Under the pieces are notes generated by a model. That model worked only from the letters and a program-made list of their open reading frames with translations, was not told the origin of the DNA and did no database searches. The translations under genes and the position numbers were made by a program. From the NCBI GenBank assembly GCA_043228905.1, contig JBHGNT010000008.1, forward strand, positions 15,438,001 to 15,502,000: 64,000 nucleotides of DNA, written 5' to 3'. This DNA comes from Azolla caroliniana (taxonomy: Eukaryota; Plantae; Polypodiophyta). Shown here piece by piece: positions 24,801 to 37,540 of the stretch; the first letter of the stretch is position 1; each line of letters begins with the position of its first letter.

Positions 24801-27800
24801 AGCACCTTGAAGTCCCCAGAATTTGAACAGCTCACAGTCATGTTCAAAAACGGATGATACACCAAACATCGAATTTCACCCCTGCACAGAAAAGAGAAAT
24901 TTAGAAATTCATGACACTTAAAAAATTTATGAGAATTTTGGAACTTGTATCTTAATGCATTATTTTGATTATAATAACTCCAACAGCAATCTGTTATTCA
25001 TTAGAAGTTCAGTAATAAAAACAAATTCATAGCTTAAATTTAATACATTAATCTTAGATTTCTAGTTTCTGAATCAACATTAGACGTTTACAAATAAATA
25101 AAATTTGTTAGCTATAAGTTAATATCTGTATCACATTTAGAAATAAATAAAATTTGTTAGCTATAAATTAATATCTATATCTCAGATTTCAGATTTCTAG
25201 ATCATTATCTATATCTATATCCTAGAAGGCACGGCTCTAAATGCAGAGCTTTGAAATCAATTAGCATCTAACATAAACTAAGAATGACCGGCAGTCTTAC
25301 CCATGAGGATAGTCTATCTGTGTATTTAAGCAGTAATCTGTTTTCACATTCTTCCAGTCCCAGAATTTCAGACATGATCCTTCTCCAATTTTTTCTTCTC
25401 CGATATGACATTCAGCTGTGCCCATCACAGATCCATCTTTGGAAAAGACAATATGGGTAATATAAACCTGGCAAAAAGTAGTCTTTATTTTCACATAGGA
25501 AATAAAAAATTGAACCTCATAACAGAGCCATCACAGATCCATCTTGGAAAAGACAATATGGGTAATATAAACCTGGCAAAAACAGTCTTTATTTTCACAA
25601 GGCAAAGCAATTTGAGCTTCATAAAGTTTTGTTCATAATGACTAGGAAAAAAATCTATGGTTATATTAGAGCTCATGGGCATAATACTTCCTTGGTTACT
25701 AATGAGATTTGTGTGTAACCGTGCACTGTTTCAAGTTTGCATTTGAGCTCTTAATATATTTTAGCTTGCTCCAAATATTGAATACACTGAGCATTCCAAC
25801 AGGCACTGCACTTTTCCTCCAAACATCCGTCGTGATAGTTAGACGAAGTCTTGGATGTCATGAGAAATGACCAGAAGGTCATAATCCATAAACGATGGAT
25901 GGTAGTGCTTGTTAGTAGGTGAGATTTTCCTCCCATCTAATTTCCCACTCAAGGAAGGTGGGTTCACTGCACTGTTCATAGTAAACATGTCACAAACTCA
26001 TTGAAATATGTTTCCCTACCCATAATTCATCCCCTGGGGCTTGAACCCAAATCATCGAGGTTACAAATCCAAGGCTTACCAATATGAATAAGCCCATAAT
26101 AGAGACTAACTATTCATTGTATCACTTTAACCATCACTATGGAAAATTTTCAAAATACAATTACATGAGCTCATATTATGTTGGTGTTCCAGAAATTTAA
26201 AAAAAAAACTGGAACATGTGCATTCTAAATTCAATCTTCCATAGGAGTTTGGAACTAGTTCAACTATAGCAAAATATCTTAACACAAAAAATAGTAATTC
26301 TTAGAACACATTGATAAGTTTTACTAACCGGTGGTCCACTTTTAGATTCCTTTTCCTGGCATTCTTCTGTTTTCCCACCAATGGAAACATAATTGCGAGA
26401 GGAAACCCGTACCTTTATGTTGAAAGAAATTGTGTCATAAAAATAAAAAAGACCATAAAATGTGAAACTATACAAAAGAAAATAGAGTCTGACCTCTCCA
26501 ATTTGTCGATCATGAAAAGCATCATAGAACTGAAGAGACATGTCTTCTGCAGGCAGCACTAGGCTACCCACTCCTGGTTGGATTATTAGTTTTGTGATAC
26601 TTGGATTTTCCAGATATCGGGGTAAAGAAACTGGGGGCTAAAAAGAAACATAGGAACGATTTCAGAACCAGATATGACAATTATGAGAGCAGGAAAACAG
26701 TACAAACTAAGCAGAGAGGGAGCAACCAACATAGTTTGAAATCTCTCTAAGAGCTCACAGTTAGTGTCAAAAGAAAGGAGGTGCTAAATTTGTTCTTGTA
26801 TGACATTATTAACAATCACTTTACTTTTTTCCATTTTATTTTATCACATGTTTATCTTGGGACCATCTAGCCAGCCTTGGCTGCTCCAGTCCAGGGATGC
26901 TTGACCTCCAGTAGTTCCACGTTGGCTAATCCTATTTTTCCCGACTTCAGAGGTTCTATTATATCCTATTCCATTCTTTAGGGAGGAACTTCCTTGTTCA
27001 GAAGCAATCAACTTCCTGGATGTGCCAGTTTCAGCCTGTACAGCAAAATGGGACACATTGCTAGTTACTTATTGCTGAGTTTCTCAAGAGACTTATTTGA
27101 TATTCCTGCATTGCAAGGGTTATGGATACCATAGATTGTGCTCAAGAAACTCATTCAAAAAATATATCCAGATAGCAAAACCCAACCTCCCCATATTGGA
27201 TGCAGTTAGATACGAGGGACTGTTAAGAGGAGGCCATTGAGAATAAATTATAGCAATAACCATAGTAGACACGTGCCAGGAACAGATTGTGGATAATTGG
27301 GGCACAAACATCACTACGCAGTTATTAAGGACTCGGCCATCTTAAATAGAAGGACTAGCATTCATGATTATGAATTCACATCAATTGACTCCAGAACCTT
27401 GCTGAATGGAATACAATACACAACACAGTTGAAGTTAATTGCAAGTTTATCAGAATTTTAAAAAACGAACCTGCGTTTCCGGAAGACATTTAGATAGTTT
27501 CTTTACAGAGGCTCTAGCTGTTCGAAAAATGGATTTGGGGAATATAAAATGGACCAGCAAGAGAATTTAAATGTTATCATAATTTGTTTACTGTATTTAA
27601 CACAACTTCATTTCATTGGTGTTCAAAGTATACAGTCATAAATTGAACAACAAGTGTTATGAATAATAACCATACAGTGTCTCTGGTTTCATATATTCTA
27701 GTCATTGAGAGATAAATAGCTGCATCTTAAGGTTCCTTTGAAAGTAAACGTAAGAGGAGAGACTAGCTTTTAAGTTTTTAGGTATATAGAATTAAATTTA

Positions 27801-30800
27801 CACGAGGTTGTATGCATGCAAATACCTCCAAATGTTTGTATTTAATATTAATACAAGCAAGATTACGCTGATGATAGACATTACTAGCACACCTTTACTG
27901 ATGTATCAATGAACATGGAAGATGCAATCTGATTTATGATATTGTGTGAGTGAGCAAGGGGCAATGACAGGAGAAAATTTGCGCAGAGTTAAATAGCCCC
28001 TACCAGCAATTAATATGCTTTGATCTACATATTCTTTTAAAATCTTGGATATTGCATCCACCTCTGAAGAAGCTTGTCATTGATTGGAAACTTGTGTAAT
28101 TCATAATTCATCAATACTCCTATTTCTAGAAGTTAGATTGCCTGCTCAAATCTTTGACCTCATTCAGCATGAATGTTAAATCCCTTATAGGACTTGCTCT
28201 TCCTCAGAGGGATCGTACGATTTACCTACTCTCCCGTGTCCCAATTAAGATATATATATATATATATAACATCAGAAACCATTGGAGATTGTCTAGGCCA
28301 AAAAACAAGGCATAGGGAACAAATAATGTGATGGATTTTTGGGAGTAACATAATGCGGTTCGAAAGTTGTTTGCCTCAATTGGTGAATCAGCTTCACTGA
28401 AGGTAGGAACAGGCTGGACGCAATCACTTCTTCAATATGAGAAAAAGGCAGAAAATCTTGAAAAATGAAGATTATTCTTTCAGGGACTGTCAAGCTCAGA
28501 TTTTTTTCCAATGTTCGGTAAAATGAAACAAACACTTTTGGCGTCTACCTATAGATTTTTAACCTTTGAAATAATTGTTTTCTCCTTTCCATTTGGCACA
28601 CGAAAGTCAAATTTATTCCCTTCCCTTGTTGCAACTTTGACATTGCATTTTTGTTTTTTTTCACTTTCCTAAGAAACCTCAGAGAAAACTCTTGAGACAT
28701 TGCATTTTGGGTAGCAGGTTTGCACGAAGAAAGTTTGCAAAAGTCCTGAAGTATTGTTTGGATATATTAAGTTGCTCTCCAAAATATGCAAGTGTTGTGC
28801 ATATTTGATTTCTCTTTCTCAACCAGTCAGTTCAAAAGGTTTGTTCTTTTGACAACATTATGTGCTTTATGAATATAGATAGGAATATTAAAAGAACACT
28901 GTTAAAGCAATAAAACAATATAGCAGAGAAAAACTCATGATTATGTGTCACCCTCTTTGGATAAAGCGAAAACAAAATTATGGTCATTGAAACATGCAAA
29001 TAAATAGCAATATTAAAAGCACAATAAGCACGCACAAATTCAAAGAATGATATTCTTTTGAGCCTCATTAAAGTATTTAACAATAAAAAAGCTATGCATT
29101 CTTCATACAAGACTTAGTTATACTACTGCTCCTGCGGACAAACCTTGATACCGGAAATGCTTTTCTGCACGGTCATTGTACCAATATTGACCAATTTTAT
29201 ACTGTTATCAGCACAAGAAACCTGCAATTAACAAATAGTCAATATACAAAAGACGCTAATGCATGCAGAAAATGCTGCTGGACTACATGATGGCCATAAA
29301 CTTTCAAATTATTGAAGGAATGCGTTTCCAATGGTCATTTCTTCATCAGTAACAGAATGTGCACACAAATATAAAAGAGAGCAAAGCCATAGTTTTCACT
29401 CACTGAGAAAATGGATGCATCTGAAGATGATGCACAGTGCAAAAGCGAGCTTCCAAGGCGAGGCAAGAATTGTCTTTTGCCTGACTCGAGTTGCCACATC
29501 ACGAAGACACCTTCTTTGCCTCCTGAAAGAGAAGAACAAAAACATTTAAGTGTAGAACGGAAAAGGAAAAAGATTGCTTGACATATTGATGTATTAGTCC
29601 TGTGTTCATGATAATTGAGAAACATGAATAATTAGAGAACAATGAGGGCAAAGTTCTCTTTATGCTTATAATGGGAGGAAATATAAGTATTAACATTATG
29701 CATCTATTATGTTTGCGTATTGTCATTTATTTGATCTTACCAGAAAAAAGATATGCACCATCCATGGAAAATATAAGAAAATTCACTTGATCAGAATGCC
29801 AATGGTAAGTGCTTAATGCTGCTGCATCATCACATCCATGAACCCCCCTATTTGAGTCCAACTCGCTCTTGGAAGAGTTATTTCCCTCTATAGCTCTATC
29901 ATGTTCTTTTGCAGATAAACAATAAGAGTTCTCCCCCACGTTTTTCCAGATAAGAATACGACCTAGACTATCACTACCAGCTACCAAAGTCTCTGTTGGA
30001 TCAAATGCTAGACTTTGCAGTGACCGTGTATGATGTAGAATAGTTGTCTCAAAGGATTTCACACCATGGATGCCTTTTCCAGAGACCCTCCATGCGTAAA
30101 TCTTCCTGATATCAACCATTCCTACAAGGCCCCCATTTTGACTGGAGATTAGAGTTTGCGGAGTATTAACCTATCATCATAGAAAAATCAAAATATTACG
30201 CCTAAGCCAGAGGACAGTAGAAATTACTCAGAAATGAAATATTTTTGAACTACCTTTGCAAGCCATCCAGGCAACAGTTTCCCATTATTTAGAGTGCATA
30301 GAACAACACGGAATGTCTTTGCTTTAATATCATCAATCTGTAGCTTGGCTTCTTTATCATCGCTAGTCCACTCGACTAGCAACAAACCGACAACCTGCTT
30401 GGAGTGTGCTACTGGTTCAGATCTACATTTGGGAATAACCTGAAAAAAAACAAAGAACTATCACATCAGTTGCCCATATACCAAAATTATCATCTGAAGG
30501 ATGACGGACCTGTACCTCGTGAACTTCAAGCATACATATTCATGAGATACTTGACTAATTTCAATTTGCCAGTTTGCATTACACAGGGTGTATCTGCTTT
30601 AAAGCAACAAGATTCTGTCTCTAATTTTCATTAGCATAAATAACGAAGATACAAATAGAACATTTTGCGACCCAATACATCTGAGTTAACATTCTTCACA
30701 ATGTTAAGCTTGTCTCATCTATCGGTATGCACAGAAAATGCATTGAGGAGTATGATCTTTTCCTAGAAATATACCTACGATGCGAGGGACAATCATTTGA

Positions 30801-31827
30801 GTTCTTTAGAAACATGGCATTTGAGACAATAGATAAAGAGAAGGATATGAAATTTCAGCCACAGAAAATAGATCATATTTCCAACAAGCTTTGTCAATAT
30901 AACTGCAGAGGTATGTAGACCTGATCTAGATGGAGACAGATACATTGTCACTGAGATATACTCATTACAAACATAACATAACAAGATCTTCATACAACCA
31001 ACAGAAAAAATAATAATCTGGAATAATGAATTCTTCTTTTCGCGTAACATGACATGCAGCACCTAATAGCTCCTGCCAAGCAAAAAAAGATGAGCTAAAT
31101 TCAGTAAGTGAAACTTTCAGCTTCTTCCACTTATAAGGATACCGAACAATACAGCACTGATATGGATTCCGCACCATGAATTTTGACCATGGAAGACTTC
31201 TCTTCATCTAAAATATTCAGTTTCTTCCAGTTCAAAGAATACCAAATTATCCAGCATGATATGGATTCAACAACATGAATTTTGAACATAGAAGACACCT
31301 CTTCATCTAGAATTGAGTAATTGATAGCATAATGCATAGTTATGCACACTGGACTAGTGTTTGCGTTGGTTTGCTAATGAACGCAGATGCAATATGATAT
31401 CACTTAAATGGCTGTGCCTGGGTTTTTAGTGAATACATAGCTAATATGTTATCAGCTCTTTATGACCTCCATATGTGGCTGTTCTGGCTAGTTAATTATG
31501 CCACGTCCATCCGTCAATTGCGAGAAGTAAAATGCTCCAGTAAAAAAGTGACATAAGCTAGAAGTTTTCGAAATTCAATCGATCAGATGAGAGAAAATAA
31601 AGGCACAAGGACACTCACCATAGAATAGATCGGTTTGCCGATGTTGACAACCCTTAGGCATGACCCTGTGCTGAAGTTCCAAAACCGTATCGTCCCATCC
31701 AATGAAGACGTCCAAACCTGGTTTATCAATGATCTAGCTGATCCAGAATAGTGAACAACATTTATGCTCGTCACTGGTCCCGTATGTCCTTCAAGTTGAT
31801 TCACCTTAAACAAAGATCATGGAACAA

Positions 31828-31874
<47 letters not shown>

Positions 31875-31887
31875 TACACACACTCTG

Positions 31888-31936
<49 letters not shown>

Positions 31937-32160
31937 AACTAGTATAGAGGATGAGGTAATACGTTAACCACGATCATCTCTCGGAGAAAGAGAAGACAGG
32001 GTCGGTCATTCATTATTACCAGGAGGCCTGTGGAGACGCTGTAGACGGCGACATGGAAGGAGGATGTGCAGACGAGGAGGAGCTTGCCGTCGGAGGAGAA
32101 GGAAGGTTGCCTCTCCACCAGGTTGGCGCCGCCTCTGACCTTGCCCATGGCCATGGCCAT
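21869..32160 (-). CDS. WDR75: WD repeat-containing protein 75 / UTP17-like SSU processome component, 16 exons, ~839 aa
   Basis: Exons: 32160-32020, 31804-31619, 30439-30254, 30170-29741, 29522-29404, 29221-29144, 26637-26494, 26412-26329, 25467-25301, 24881-24806, 24704-24628, 24098-23966, 23250-23118, 22817-22660, 22542-22341, 22074-21869. All are GT-AG with consistent phases. Family motifs: FSSDGK.LLVC, LEGHT, TYHWHS..V..L.FS.DG.YL.SGG.EGV.V.WQL...RQFLPRLG, WRCRSVGSY. Confidence 0.88.
24179..24482. repeat. Near-perfect 152-bp tandem duplication in a WDR75 intron
   Basis: 24179-24330 and 24331-24482 differ at one position seen (CTCGAG vs CTCAAG). Confidence 0.95.
26031..26095 (-). mobile_element. 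tRNA-derived SINE-like head in a WDR75 intron
   Basis: The reverse strand has box A-like TATTCATATTGG and box B GGTTCAAGCCC at tRNA-like spacing. It is flanked by the direct repeat CCCATAAT. Confidence 0.45.
31828..31932. repeat. (CT)n/(CA)n microsatellite in WDR75 intron 1
   Basis: Directly visible. Confidence 0.95.
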
Positions 32161-32299
32161 GGCGATGGCGATGGCGATGGCGGCTACAGCAACCAAAAAG
32201 AACAGAGAGAGGGTTTAGAGAGAGAGCAGAGGAGAGGCAAAAGCCAAAACCTTCCTTTCCCTTATTATCACTGTCTGTGTTGTGTGTGTAATAAGTCTA

Positions 32300-32746
32300 T
32301 AACAATCGGCAACGGTTCGGTTCGGTTCGGTTCGGTTTTGAGAGTGTCAAACCGAACCGTTTAAATTTTTTGAAACATGAACCGAACCGAACCACAAAAC
32401 CCATTAACCATTTTTCAAACTGTTAAAACAGCGGTTTCGTGGTTCAGTTTCGGTTTTCAACGTCCATCAAATTTTAAATTTTTTAAATTTATAATATGTC
32501 ATTATTTATTTTTAAAATTTTAAATATGCTTCTAAAATGTGAGAGTAAGGTCTAAAAATGAAAAGATTGTTTAAAAACAACTTTTTTTTAAATTTTAAAT
32601 AAATAAATAAAATCATTTAAACCGTGGTTTCTGACCATTGAAACCGAACCAAGCCATTTAAAACAACCTAAACCTGAACCGAACCGTTGAGATCGTTAAG
32701 CTGCGGTTTCGTGGTTCGGTTCAAACCGAACCGTTGCCGATTGTTA
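32300..32746. mobile_element. MITE with 23-bp perfect TIRs just upstream of WDR75
   Basis: TAACAATCGGCAACGGTTCGGTT (32300-32322) and its reverse complement (32724-32746). AT-rich core with internal AACCG repeats. The terminal TA may be the TSD. Confidence 0.85.
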
Positions 32747-33249
32747 GTGAAAGAGAAAGAAAGATAAATATATTTGTGAGAAAGAAAGAAAGAGTTCTAG
32801 TACTTTACAAAACATGTTATGGTGTAACATATTCAATAAAGGAAATGACTTTGTACTAGGCCTAGTTTCATTTCCATCCAAGCCTCTCGAAAAGAAGTGG
32901 GAGGTCAAAGGTTTTATTTCGTGTGGATGTGACTCGTGCTCCCGGTGTAGAAGGTACCCCGACCATTGCTTCTAGGCGGTGTAGTTCATGTTCCCTTTAT
33001 TTTCTTAATTGCTTCTACACCACATCGATTTGCTTTGAAACCCGACATCCGAGGGCGTTTGGTTCTTCTTTGGTTTTCTGCTTCATCAAGGAAGAGGCCA
33101 AGTGGTGCAAGTGTGTCCACATTCGTCGTCTCCCCCTGTCCCTGAAAAACTTCATTTGTTACATGTTGGTGAATATTAGAAACATTATCATCAACATTTT
33201 GTAGTTTATTCTCTTTATGTGGTTTTACCTCTAAGATATATCTGCCTAA

Positions 33250-34915
33250 TTTCTTTATATCTAAAATATCTAATAGTTTGGGGAGGGTGGGAGAGGGACC
33301 AAGTATGTCTCGATATTTTGCCCTTATCTCGGGATAAGTTTGACACTTGCATGTAAAGTGGTACTCATCCTCTATCTCTATGTGACATAATCTACATATC
33401 CTTTCCTCTCTAGGGACTCCATTAGTACGACCATTCTCAATCTCAAGTTGGTGAGATGATATTCTAAGTTGTCCAATGGCAACCTTTAGTCCATTTGGTA
33501 AGAATGCATCTACATATTTTGGTCATGTAATAAAACCTAACATAGAGAAGTGCATGAAGCGTTCCTTATAGTACAACATTTTAGATGGGAATGGCTCTAG
33601 TGGGGTGATCCATTTATACATAGTGTAAATTTGTCATATTTCTTGGCATATGACTTTATTACGATCCTCATGAGAGATTAAAGTGTTATCAATCGTGTGG
33701 TTGTACCTAAGGGGAGGTAGGTTATTAATGTCTAGACCATTTGCAAGAAGCCAACTCACCATCGTGCCATACCATGAGCTAGTATCGCCTGACTCATATA
33801 GTGATTGAGATACCTCAAAAGCTTGATGAAATATCTTATCATGTGGTTGACTATGTATCCTATAAATAAAGACTACAAGTTGAAAAAGTGCTTCTACTAA
33901 CATCGGGGGTAAAGTGAACTTAGTCCAAATGAAAGATGGTAGCCCTACAGCCCAAACCACTGAATTTGCCATATTTCTTGGCGTATTACTTTATTATGGT
34001 CCTCACGAGAGATTAAAACGTTATCAATCGTGTGGTTGTACCTAAGGGGAGGTAGGTTATTAATGTCTAGACCATTTGCAAGAAGTCAACTCACCATCAT
34101 GCCATACCATGAGCTAGTATCGCCCGACTCATATAGTGATTGAGATACCTCAAAAGCTTGATGAGATATCCTATCATGTTGTTGACTATGTATCCTATAA
34201 ATAAAGACTACAAGTTGAAAAAGTGTTTCTACTAACATCGGGGGTAAAGTGAACTTAGTCCAAATGAAAGATGGTAGCCCTGCAGCCCAAACCACTGATG
34301 CATACATGCAGGAGGGGTTTGCTAATGAGTCGAAGAGCCATCCCTTCGTCTGTGGCTCTTGAAAGTATGCATGGTGGCATTGTCTCTCTAAGAGTGCGAG
34401 GGATGTGTGTCCTCTCGTAAGTCTATCCTTCGCTGCCTATGTCATTGAAAATTTACTTGAGCGGGCGCTGAAAGTGACTCCGAGATATACATATGATCCA
34501 ACTACCTCAACTAGGCTATGGCATCTAAGGCATTAAGGTGCCTTTTGTAGGTCGTGTTCAGACTTAGAGAGCAAAGTTATGTCGTTTGCATAGAGCAAGA
34601 TACAAACCTATGTACCCCCAATGACTACTCTGTTGCCTCCCTTACAAGCAATAAAATCTATGATATCATCAATATAGATCCCAAAAAGAGTTGGTGATAG
34701 GGGTCAAGCTTGCCTTACACCAATAGTGCTTGTGAAGCAATTGGATAGGGCACCTATTCATCGTATGCACCCGGAGACTTGCTCATATAGTGCGTCGATG
34801 ACCCAAATCATGTCATCTGGTATCTTCAAGCTTTTAAGCCTATCAAACAACTGTGCTCTAGGGATTGTGTCAAAGGTATTGCGGAAGTACACAAAACAAC
34901 AATATAATTTCCTAG
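33250..34915 (-). mobile_element. 5'-truncated degenerate LINE (RT plus C-terminal region)
   Basis: The reverse strand reads LYCCFVYFRNTFDTIPR, GVRQA*PLSPTLFGIYID, ILLYANDI (YADD), YVYLGV and LEIENGR..PRE. Confidence 0.85.
33635..34298. repeat. 335-bp tandem duplication within the LINE
   Basis: CATATTTCTTGGC...CCCAAACCACTGA is repeated with period 335, giving two near-identical ORFs (33634-33972, 34086-34307). Confidence 0.95.
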
Positions 34916-34917
34916 AT

Positions 34918-34985
34918 GGATGTAGCTCAGTTGGTAAGATTGCCTAATGGTGACCAGGAGGTCACGGGTTCAACCACTACATTCC
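34918..34985 (+). pseudogene. tRNA-like sequence (tRNA pseudogene or SINE head)
   Basis: GGATG-TAGCTCAGTTGG (box A) ... GGTTCAACC (box B) ... CTACATTCC can pair with the 5' end. The anticodon arm is not canonical. Confidence 0.6.
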
Positions 34986-36053
34986 ACAAATGGCATTTAG
35001 TAAATCAAGAAGATGTGTATGGAGTAATAGAGAGGTGAGAAATTTGTGTTTCAAACTCAAGATGTAGTGTTAGTAGGTTAGTAGTATAACAACTTAATGC
35101 TAGGGTAAGCTAATTACGATAAAAAAAGAGTGTTTGTGTGAAAGAGAGAGAGAGAGATTTCCCATAACATATGTAAGAGGTAGGGTTATGTGAGTAGATT
35201 ATGCGCGGAAGAACGTGTGAGAACCTGCGTGTTAATGAACAACAAATGACACAAATGTGCGACAACAGAGAGAAACAATGGATCAACACGCAGATGGAGC
35301 TTCAATGGAGATTCTCGTTATTCTGTAACTCTCTCTCTCTCTAGATTCCCTCTCTAGACTCTCTCTACCTTCTCTCTGTTGCCGCGATGCCGCCTCTGAC
35401 GTCCGTCGCCATCTACTGCCTTTGCAACGGTCGTGCACCACGCTGTCGTCGCTGCCGTCTGCGACGTCTATCGCCGCCTGCTACCGTGCTGCACTCTCTC
35501 TCTCTCTCCCCGCCATCGTGCTGTCGTTTGTTGCCACGCTGCCGCCTCTTATGTCCGTCGTCGTCTATTGCCGTCTACTACCGTCTGCTGACATCCGTCG
35601 CCATCTGCTGACGTCGATCGCCGTCTGCGTGCTACACGACCTGTTGTCGTTCGTCATCATCAGTCGTAGTTGCCATTGCCGTTGACGTCGATCGTCGTCT
35701 GCGTGATGGACGACCTGCTGCCGTTCGTCATCGTCCGTCGTAGTCGCCATTGCCGTTGCTGTATTCTTCTCCTTCTTGTTCTTGAGGTTGCCGAGTGTCG
35801 TGTTTCTTTTCTTGGCGACGCATCCTTGTTCTTTTAGCGTGCTCGTCGCGTGCAAAATGCCGATGTGACTACGACATACACACAAACTTGGCTAGTGTCA
35901 TGAACACATGACCATTATGGCGTTACCTGGACTTGAACCTCGAACCTTGTAATTCATACTTGAAAACCTCAACCATTTAGATAGCTTATTGTTATATGAA
36001 ACAGTAAAAGCTACTTCTTGTATTACATTGATTATTGTAAAAACTCTAGATTA

Positions 36054-36150
36054 TTCTAGAATGTTCTAGAATGTGCTAGAGCATTCTAGGTCTAGAACAT
36101 TCTAGAACATTCTAGAAATCTCTAAGCTATTCTATAGGAACCTATAAATA
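36054..36150 (+). promoter_or_regulatory. Heat-shock-element array plus TATA box in the chromovirus LTR (second copy at 41339-41435)
   Basis: TTCTAGAA units at ~10-bp spacing (alternating nTTCn/nGAAn), followed by CTATAAATA. Confidence 0.7.
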
Positions 36151-36376
36151 AGCGCATACATGTATTCTCAAATCAATTCGAATCAACACCAGTCTTTAGC
36201 TCTCATTACATATCTTGTATCCATTCTCTTTCTTTCTCTATCTTATACATCCATTCTTCTCTATCCTTCTTCCATCACTCTCTATCTTTTATCCTTGGTT
36301 CTGACAGTTTGATTCGAATTCTCTCTCTCTCTCTCTCTCACTCTCTCTTATCCTCCTTTGTAACCATCCTAAAACC

Positions 36377-37540
36377 ATGGCTGCCATTAACTCAGAAGAA
36401 TATCTCACCCTTGTTGCAGAAATGGAGAACCTTAAATCCAAGTTCACATCTCTTGAAGTAGAGAATCAACGTCTACTTGGGGATCTACAAAAGGTTACTA
36501 TAGAGAAGCAACAACAACAAGAGGAGTTCACGCGACGAGTGCAACAGTTAGAGTCGACAATCGTCGTGTTACAACAACAAAGGGTTGAAGGTCATGGACT
36601 TATCAAGGAGCCCAAAATTAGCCTCCCAACTAAATTTGATGGGTCGAGGGCACATTTCCGAGGTTTTTTGAATCAAGTACGGTTGGTGATTCAAATGCAT
36701 CCCGCACGTTATCCAACAGATGCATCACGAGTCGGGCTAGTGGGCACTTTATTGACTGGCATAGCGTTGTCGTGGTTTGCTCCATTGCTAGAGACCAATT
36801 CTCCTCTACTGAATAATTTCGAGGAATTTATCAAGGAATTTAAGGCTTGTTTCGGAGATACTGATGGGGCGAGAACAACTATCAACAAGATTCGTACACT
36901 TCGTCAAGGTGATCAACCAGCTTCAACATATGCTGCCAATTTCCGTCTCATCGCAAGCGATATTCCTTGGGATGAACAAGCCCTAATGGAGCAATTCCGT
37001 TCAGGCCTTCGTAGTGATGTCAAAGACTTACTTCTTACCTTCCCCGAGGATCCAAGGTCACTTACAGAAGCTATTAGTCGAGCAATACGGTGTGATAATC
37101 GCCTTTTTGAGCGTCGATGTGAGCGACAACAACAAATAACAAGATCTAGATTCACACCAACTTATGCATCAGTAACGGCGCAATCATCCCCAAGGCAAAT
37201 GTATAGCCCTGCTCCAACTCCAAGGCAAACACGTAGTCCAGTCCCAATGGATAGTCCTACACCCATGGAGATCGATATGACTCAACGACGAGGACCGTTG
37301 TCAGACGAAGAGAAGCAACGTTGTCGAGCAAACCATTTGTGCTTATATTGTGGAGGTCCAGGACATATAGCCATTCATTGCTCCCGTAGGCCGAGACGTC
37401 AGGTAAATCAAATTCACTATGACAATAAAAATGAGTCCAACATTTTAGAAGTAGTTAGTGAATCTAATATTATGAATAATCCACCCTTGTCCAATAAATT
37501 TGAAGTCCTAAGCCAATTAGAAGAGGAGTCAAACGAATAA
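36377..37540 (+). CDS. Chromovirus Gag (PEG10/sushi-like) with CCHC zinc knuckle
   Basis: [38 protein letters not shown]. Confidence 0.92.
   Translation: MAAINSEEYLTLVAEMENLKSKFTSLEVENQRLLGDLQKVTIEKQQQQEEFTRRVQQLESTIVVLQQQRVEGHGLIKEPKISLPTKFDGSRAHFRGFLNQVRLVIQMHPARYPTDASRVGLVGTLLTGIALSWFAPLLETNSPLLNNFEEFIKEFKACFGDTDGARTTINKIRTLRQGDQPASTYAANFRLIASDIPWDEQALMEQFRSGLRSDVKDLLLTFPEDPRSLTEAISRAIRCDNRLFERRCERQQQITRSRFTPTYASVTAQSSPRQMYSPAPTPRQTRSPVPMDSPTPMEIDMTQRRGPLSDEEKQRCRANHLCLYCGGPGHIAIHCSRRPRRQVNQIHYDNKNESNILEVVSESNIMNNPPLSNKFEVLSQLEEESNE

Noticed and set aside
21869-32160. Intronic snoRNAs in a ribosome-biogenesis gene
   Set aside because: No convincing sense-strand C/D box pair was seen by eye.
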